Shown here one piece after another: positions 56,601-64,000 of a DNA stretch of 64,000 nt. The DNA lies in the NCBI RefSeq assembly GCF_009914755.1, contig NC_060933.1. One strand, 5' to 3'. Source of the stretch: the human T2T-CHM13v2.0 reference genome, Homo sapiens. Numbering within the stretch: the stretch's first letter is position 1; each line of letters starts with the position of its first letter. The notes beneath the pieces are model-generated. The model made no database searches. It had not been told where the DNA came from and was given only the letters and a program-made list of their open reading frames with translations. The position numbers were made by a program, and so were the translations under genes.

Positions 56601-59600
56601 TGATTCCATTCCATTCCATTCCATTCCATTCAATTCCATTCTATTACAATTCGTTCCATTCCATTCTATTCCGTACCATTCCATTCCATTCCATACCATT
56701 CCATTCCATTCCATTCCATTCCATTCCATTCCATTCCGTTCCATTCCGTTCCATTCCATTCCATTCCATTCGGGTTAATTCCATTCCATTCCATTCCATT
56801 CCATTCTATTCCATTCCATTGCAATCGAGTTGAATCCATTGCATTTCATTCCATTCCATTCCATTCCGGAAGATTCCATTCCATTGCATTCGATTCCATT
56901 CCATTCACCTGCACTCGCGTTGATTCCATTCCATTCCATTCCATTCCATTCCATTCCATTCCATTCCGTTCCGTTCCATTCCATTCCATTCCATTCCATT
57001 TCATTCCGTTCCGTTCCATTCCATTCCATTCCATTCTATTCGGGTTAATTCCATTCCATTCCATTCGATTGCAATCGTGTTGATTCCATTCCATTCCATT
57101 CCATTCCATTCCATTCCATTCCATTCCATTCCTTTCCATTCCATTACGGATGATTCCATTCCATTGCATTCCATTCCATTCCATTCCCCTGTACTCGGGT
57201 TGATTCCATTCCATTGCATTCCAATCCATGCCCTTCTACTCGTGTTGAATCCATTCTTTCCATTCCATTCAAGTTGAATCCATTCCATTGCAATCCATTC
57301 CATTCGATTCCATTCGATTGCACTCGGGTTGATTCCATTCCATTGCATTCCATTCCATTCCATTCCATTCCATTCCATTCCGTTCCATTCCATTCCATTA
57401 CATTCGGATTGATTCTATTCAATTCCCTTACACTCCATTACATTCCATTCCATTCGGGTAGTTTCCATTCCATTCCATTCCATTCCTCTCCATTCCATTG
57501 CACTCGGGTTGATTCCATTCCATTGCATTCCATTCCATTCCATTCAATTCCATTCCGTTCCATTCCACTCCATTACATTCGGATTGATTCTATTCAACTC
57601 CCTTACTCTCCATTACATTCCATTCCATTAGGGCAGTTCCATTCCATTCCATTGCATTCCACTCCATTCCATTGCACTCGGGTTTATTCCATTCCATTCC
57701 ATTCCATTCCATTTCATTCCGTTCCATTCCGGAAGATTCCATTCCATTGCATTCCATTCCATTCCATTCCCCTGCACTCGCTTTGATTCCATTCCATTCC
57801 ATTCCATTCCATTCCATTCCATTCCATTCCTTTCCGTTCCATTCCATTCCATTCCATTCCATTCCATTCCATTCCATTCCGTTCCATTCCGTTCCATTCC
57901 ATTCCATTCCATTCTATTCGGGTTAATTCCATTCCATTCCACTCGATTGCAATCGAGTTGATTCCATTCCATTCCATTCCATTCCATTGCATTCCATTCC
58001 TTTCCATTCCATTCCTTTCCATTCCATTACGGATGATTCTATTCCATTGCATTCCATTCCATTCCATTCCCCTGTACTCGGGTTCATTCCATTCCATTCC
58101 ATTCCAATCCATGCCATTCCACTCGTGTTGATTCCATTCTTTCCTTTCCATTCAAGTTGAATCCATTCCATTGCATTCCATTCCATTCCATTCCCCTGCA
58201 GTCGGGTTGATTCCATTCCATTCCATTCCATTCCATTCCATTCCATTCCGTTACGTTCTGTTCCATTCCATTCCATTCCATTCTATTCGGGTTAATTCCA
58301 TTCCATTCCATTCCATTCCATTCCATTCCAATTGAGTTGATTCCATTCCATTCTATTCCATTCCATTCCACTCCATTCCAGTCCTTTCCATTCCATTCCA
58401 CTCGGGTTGATTCCAATGTATTCCTTTCCATTCCATTCCATTCCATTGCAATCGAGTTGATTCCATTGTTTTGCATTCCATTTCATTCCATTCCATTCCG
58501 GATGATTCCATTCCATTGCATTCCATTCCATTCCATTCCCCTGCACTCGGGTTGATTCCATTCCATTCCACTCCATTCCGTTCCATTCCATTCCATTCCA
58601 TTGTATTCGAGTTAATTCCATTCCATTCCATTCCATTCCATTCCCTTCCATTCCATTACAATCGAGTTGATTCCATTGTATTCCATTCCATTCCATTCCA
58701 GTCCTTTCCATTCCATTCCACTCGGGTTGATTCCATTCTATTATTTTCCATTCCATTCCATTCCCTTCCATTCCACTCTGGTTGATTCCATTCCTTTCCA
58801 TTCCACTCGAATACATTCCCTCCTATTCCACTCGGAACGATTCCATTCCATTCCATTCCATTCCATTCCATTCCATTCCATTTCGTTCCATTCCATTCTA
58901 TTCCGTATCATTCCATTCCATTCCATTTCATTCCATTCCATTCCATTCCACTCGTGTTGATTCCATTCCTTTCCATTCCATTCGGTTTGAAGGCATTCCA
59001 TTCCATTCCATTCCATTCCATTCCATTCCGTTCCATTCCATTCCATTCCATTGTACTCGGGATGATTGCATTCCAATGCATTCCATTCCATTCCATTCCG
59101 TTGCATTCCATTCCATTACATTCGGATTGATTCTATTCAACTCCCTTACTCTCCATTACGTTCCATTCCATTCGGGTTGTTCCATTCCATTCCATTCCAT
59201 TCCACTCCATTCCATTGCACTCGGGTTGATTCCATTCCATTCCATTCCATTCCATTCCATTCCATTCCATTCCATTCCGGATGATTCCATTCCATTACAT
59301 TCCGTTCCATTACATTCCCCTGCACTCGCGTTGATTCCATTCCATTCCATTCCGTTCCATTCCATTCCATTCCATTCCATTCGATTCCGTTCCTTTCCAT
59401 TCCGTTCCATTCCATTCTATTCGGGTTAATTCCATTCCATTCCATTCGATTGCAATCGAGTTGATTCCATTCCATTGCATTCCATTCCATTCGATTCCAT
59501 TCGATTGCACTAGGGTTGATTCCATTCCATTGCATTCCATTCCATTCCATTCCATTCCATTCAGTTCCATTCCTTTCCATTACATTCGCATTGATTCTAT

Positions 59601-62600
59601 TCAATTCCCTTACACTCCATTACATTCCATTCCATTCGGGTAGTTTCCAATCCATTCCATTCCATTCCTCTCCATTCCATTGCATTCGGGTTGATTCCAT
59701 TCCATTGCATTCCATTCCATTCCATTCAATTCCATTCCGTTCCATTCCATTCCATTCCATTACATTCGGATTGATTCTATTCAACTCCCTTATACTCCAT
59801 TACATTCCATTCCATTCGGGTTGTTCCATTCCATTCCATTCCATTCCACTCGGTTTGATTCCATTCCATTCCATTCCATTCCATTCCGGAAGATTCCATT
59901 CCATTGCATTCCATTACATTCCATTCCCCTGCACTCGCGTTGATTCCATTCCATTCCATTCCATTCCATTCCATTCCATTCCGTTCCGTTCCATTACATT
60001 CCATTCCATTCCATTCCATTCCGTTACGTTCCATTCCATTCCATTCCATTCTATTCGGGTTAATTCCATTCCATTCCATTCCATTCCATTCCATTCCGGA
60101 AGATTCCATTCCATTGCATTCCATTCCATTCCATTCCCCTGCACTCGCGTTGATTCCATTCCATTCCATTCCATTCCATTCCATTCCATTCCATTCCATT
60201 CCTTTCCGTTCCATTCCATTGCATTCCATTCCATTCCGTTCCGTTCCCTTCCGTTCCGTTCCATTCCATTCCATTCCATTCTATTCGGGTTAATTCCATT
60301 CCATTCCATTCGACTACAATCGAGTTGATTCCATTCCATTCCATTCCATTCCATTCCATTGCATTCCATTCCTTTCCATTCCATTACGGATGATTCCATT
60401 CCATTGCATTCCATTCCATTCCATTCCCCTGTACTCGGGTTGATTCCATTCCATTCCATTCCAATCCATGCCATTCCACTCGTGTTGATTCCATTCTTTC
60501 CATTCCATTCAAGTTGAATCCATTCCATTGCATTCCATTCAATTCCATTCCACTGCAGTCGGGTTGATTCCATTCCATTCCATTCCATCCCATTCCATTC
60601 CGTTCCGTTCCGTTCCGTTCCGTTCCATTCCATTCCATTCCATTCCAATCTATTCGGGTTAATTCCATTCCATTCCATTCCATTCCATTCCATTTCAATC
60701 GAGTTGATTCCATTCCATTCCATTCCATTCCATTCCACTCCATTCCAGTCCTTTCCATTCCATTCCACTCGGGCTGATTCCAATGTATTCCTTTCCATTC
60801 CATTCCATTCCATTGCAATCGAGTTGATTCCATTGCTTTGCATTCCATTCCATTCCATTCCATTCCGGATGATTCCATTCCATTGCATTTCATTCCATTC
60901 CATTCCCCTGCACTCGGGTTGATTCCATTCCATTCCACTCCATTCCGTTCCATTCCATTGCATTCCATTGTATTCGGGTTAATTCCATTCCATTCCATTC
61001 CATTCCATTCCATTCCATTCCATTCCATTCCATCACAATCGAGTTGGTTCCATTCCATTCCATTCCATTCCATTCCATTCCATTCCATTCCGGATGATTC
61101 CATTGCATTACATTCCGTTCCATTACATTCCCCTGCACTCGGGTTGATTCCATTCCATTCCATTCCATTCCATTCGATTCCATTCCATTCCAATTCTTTC
61201 CATTCCATTCTATTCCGTACCATTCCATTCCATTCCATACCATTCCATTCCATTCCATTCCATTCCGTTCCGTTCCGTTCCGTTCCATTCCATTCCATTC
61301 TATTTTATTCGGGTTAATTCCATTCCATTCCATTCCATTCCATTCTATTCCATTCCATTGCAATCGAGTTGAATCCATTGCATTCCATTCCATTCCATTC
61401 CGGAAGATTCCATTCCATTGCATTCCATTCCATTCCATTCCCCTGCACTCGCGTTGATTCCATTCCATTCCATTCCATTCCATTCCATTCCGTTCCGTTC
61501 CGTTCCATTCGATTCCATTCCATTCCGTTCCGTTCCGTTCCGTTCCATTCCATTCCATTCTATTCCGTACCATTCCATTCCATTCCATACCATTCCATTC
61601 CATTCCATTCCATTCCGTTCCGTTCCGTTCCGTTCCATTCCATTCCATTCTATTTTATTCGGGTTAATTCCATTCCATTCCATTCCATTCCATTCTATTC
61701 CATTCCATTGCAATCGAGTTGAATCCATTGCATTCCATTCCATTCCATTCCGGAAGATTCCATTCCATTGCATTCCATTCCATTCCATTCCCCTGCACTC
61801 GCGTTGATTCCATTCCATTCCATTCCATTCCATTCCATTCCGTTCCGTTCCGTTCCATTCGATTCCATTCCATTCCGTTCCGTTCCGTTCCGTTCCATTC
61901 CATTCCATTCTATTCGGGTTAATTCCATTCGATTGCAATCGAGTTGATTCCATTCCATTCCATTCCATTCCATTCCATTCCATTCCATTCCTTTCCATTC
62001 CATTACGGATGATTCCATTCCATTGCAATACATTCCATTCCATTCCCCTGTACTCGGGTTGATTCCATTCCATTCCATTCCATTCCATTCTATTCCATTC
62101 CATTCCATTCCATTCCGGAAGATTCCATTCCATTGCATTCCATTCCATTCCATTCCCCTGCACTCGCGTTGATTCCATTCCATTCCATTCCATTCCATTC
62201 CATTCCATTCCGTTCCGTTCCGTTCCATTCCATTCCATTCCATTCCATTCCATTCCGTTCCGTTCCATTCCATTCCATTCCATTCTATTCGGGTTAATTC
62301 CATTCCATTCCATTCGATTGTAATCGTGTTGATTCCATTCCATTACATTCCATTCCATTCCATTCCATTCCTTTCCATTCCATTACGGATGATTCCATTC
62401 CATTGCATTCCATTCCATTCCATTCCCCTGTACTCGGGTTGATTCCATTCCATTGCATTCCAATCCATGCCCTTCCACTCGTGTTGATTCCATTCTTTCC
62501 ATTCCATTCAAGTTGAATCCATTCCATTGCATTCCATTCAATTTGATTCCATTCGATTGCACTCGGGTTGATTCCATTCCATTGCATTCCATTCCATTCC

Positions 62601-62840
62601 ATTCCATTCCGTTCTATTCCATTCCATTACATTCGGATTGATTCTATTCAACTCCCTTACTCTCCATTACATTCCATTCCATTCGGGTTGTTCCATTCCA
62701 TTCCATTCCATTCCACTCCATTCCATTGCACTCGGGTTGATTCCATTCTTTTCCATTCCATTCCATTCCATTCCGGATGATTACATTCCATTGCATTCCG
62801 TTCCATTACATTCCCCTGCACTCGCGTTGATTCCATTCCA
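50690..62840 (-). repeat. Large tandem duplication, unit ~6.2 kb (copy 1 ~50690-56889; copy 2 ~56890-62840 or slightly beyond)
   Basis: Many collinear rare variants: CATTCACCTGC (~50705/~56902), CCCTTCTACTCG (~51014/57231), CCGTTACGTT (52061/~58248), CTATTATTTT (52551/~58738), GCACTAGGG (~53295/~59507), CATCACAATCGAGTTGG (~54869/61031), GCAATACA (~55518/~62026). ORF offsets are 6157-6217, then 6507 after the 350-bp insertion. Confidence 0.92.
61198..61915 (-). repeat. Near-perfect 350-bp tandem duplication nested in copy 2 of the 6.2-kb duplication
   Basis: TATTCCGTAC at 61211/61561 and TATTTTATTCGGG at 61301/61651. ORFs 61314-61553 and 61664-61903 are identical. Single copy at the paralogous site ~55040-55410. 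Confidence 0.93.
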
Positions 62841-64000
62841 TTCCATTCCATTCCATTCAATTCCAATCCATTACAATTCGTTCCATTCTATTCTATTCCG
62901 TACCATTCCATTCCATTCCATGCCATTCCATTCCACTCCATTCCATTCCATTCCGTTCCATTCCGTTCCATTCCATTCCATTCCATTCTATTCGGATTAA
63001 TTCCATTCCATTCCATTCCATTCCATTCTATTCCATTGCATTGCAATCGAGTTGAATCCATTGCATTTCATTCCATTCCATTCCACTCCATTCCATTCCA
63101 TTCCGGAAGTTTCCATTCCATTGCATTCCATTCCATTCCATTCCCCTGCACTCGCGTTGATTCCATTCCATTCCATTCCATTCCATTCCGTTCCGCTCCA
63201 TTCCATTCCATTCCATTCCGTTCCGTTCCATTCCAGTCCATTCCATTCTATTCGGGTTAATTCCATTCCATTCCATTCGATTGCAATCGAGTTGATTCCA
63301 TTCCATTCCATTCCATTCCATTCCATTCCATTCCATTCCATTCCTTTCCGTTACATTCCATTCCATTCCATTCCATTCCATTCCATTCCGTTCCGTTCCG
63401 TTCCATTCCATTCCATTCCATTCTATTCGGGTTAATTCCATTCCATTCCATTCGATTGCAATTGAGTTGATTCCATTCCATTCCATTCCATTCCATTCCA
63501 TTCCATTCCTTTCCATTCCATTACGGATGATTCCATTCCATTGCATTCCATTCCATTCCATTCCCCCGTACTCGGGTTGATTCCATTCCATTCCATTCCA
63601 ATCCATGCCATTCCACTCGTGTTGATTCCATTCTTTCCATTCCATTCAAGTTGAATCCATTCCATTGCATTCCATTCCATTCCATTCCCCTGCAGTCGAG
63701 TTGATTCCATTCCATTCCATTCCATTCCATTCCATTCCATTCCATTCCATTCCATTCCGTTCCGATCCATTCCATTCCATTCCATTCTATTCGGGTTAAT
63801 TCCATTCCATTCCATTCCATTCCATTCCATTCCAATCGAGTTGATTCCATTCCATTCCATTCCATTCCATTCCACTCCATTCCAGTCCTTTCCATTCCAT
63901 TCCACTCGGGTTGATTCCAATGTATTCCTTTCCATTCCATTCCATTCCATTGCAATCGAGTTGATTCCATTGCTTTGCATTCCATTCCATTCCATTCCAT

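Larger units (their letters stand above)
21063..64000 (-). repeat. Satellite III (HSat3) array in inverted orientation ((ATTCC)n on +)
   Basis: Same pentamer and same interspersed words as reverse complements (ACTCGGGTTG, AATCGAGTTG, CTATTCGGGTTAA, CTATTCAACTCCCTTACTC) through to the end of the window. Confidence 0.97.

Noticed and set aside
1-64000. Hundreds of ORFs (MEWNG.. / IPFHS..) as protein-coding genes
   Set aside because: They overlap in all six frames, are direct translations of a stop-free pentamer, swap strand at the inversion, and show no domain, codon or gene structure.
1-64000. CRISPR-like array (conserved words separated by spacers)
   Set aside because: The spacers are GGAAT runs rather than unique sequences, repeat and spacer lengths are not constant, and there are no cas genes.
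1-64000. HSat2, alpha satellite/CENP-B boxes, telomeric repeats, Alu/L1 insertions
   Set aside because: CATTCGATTC is only an occasional word and HSat2-type GATGATGATTCC-rich units do not dominate. I saw no 171-bp monomers, TTAGGG runs, poly-A tails or non-satellite inserts.

Overview
All 64 kb are classical human/great-ape satellite III (HSat3): a (GGAAT)n/(ATTCC)n pentamer array interspersed with recurring non-pentamer words such as CAACCCGAGT, CAACTCGATT, TTAACCCGAATAG and GAGTAAGGGAGTTGAATAG. I see no protein-coding gene, RNA gene, transposon or CRISPR array; the many MEWNG/IPFHS ORFs are translations of the pentamer. The main structural event is a single strand switch at ~21063-21067: GGAAT is on the + strand to the left and on the - strand to the right. 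The join has a 5-bp microhomology (CGAGT) inside a 12-bp inverted repeat, and both flanks are shorter than their paralogues. There is no single higher-order period. The array is built from a ~0.7-0.85 kb ordered cassette plus nested tandem duplications (35 bp to ~6.2 kb) that keep the 5-bp register. One recurrent word, GGAATCTTCCGGAAT, is a perfect three-unit heat-shock element, and another, TCGATTGCAATCGA, is a perfect 14-bp palindrome. I found no new gene system. Species, chromosome and HSat3 subfamily cannot be fixed from the sequence alone. Counts and boundaries are by eye.
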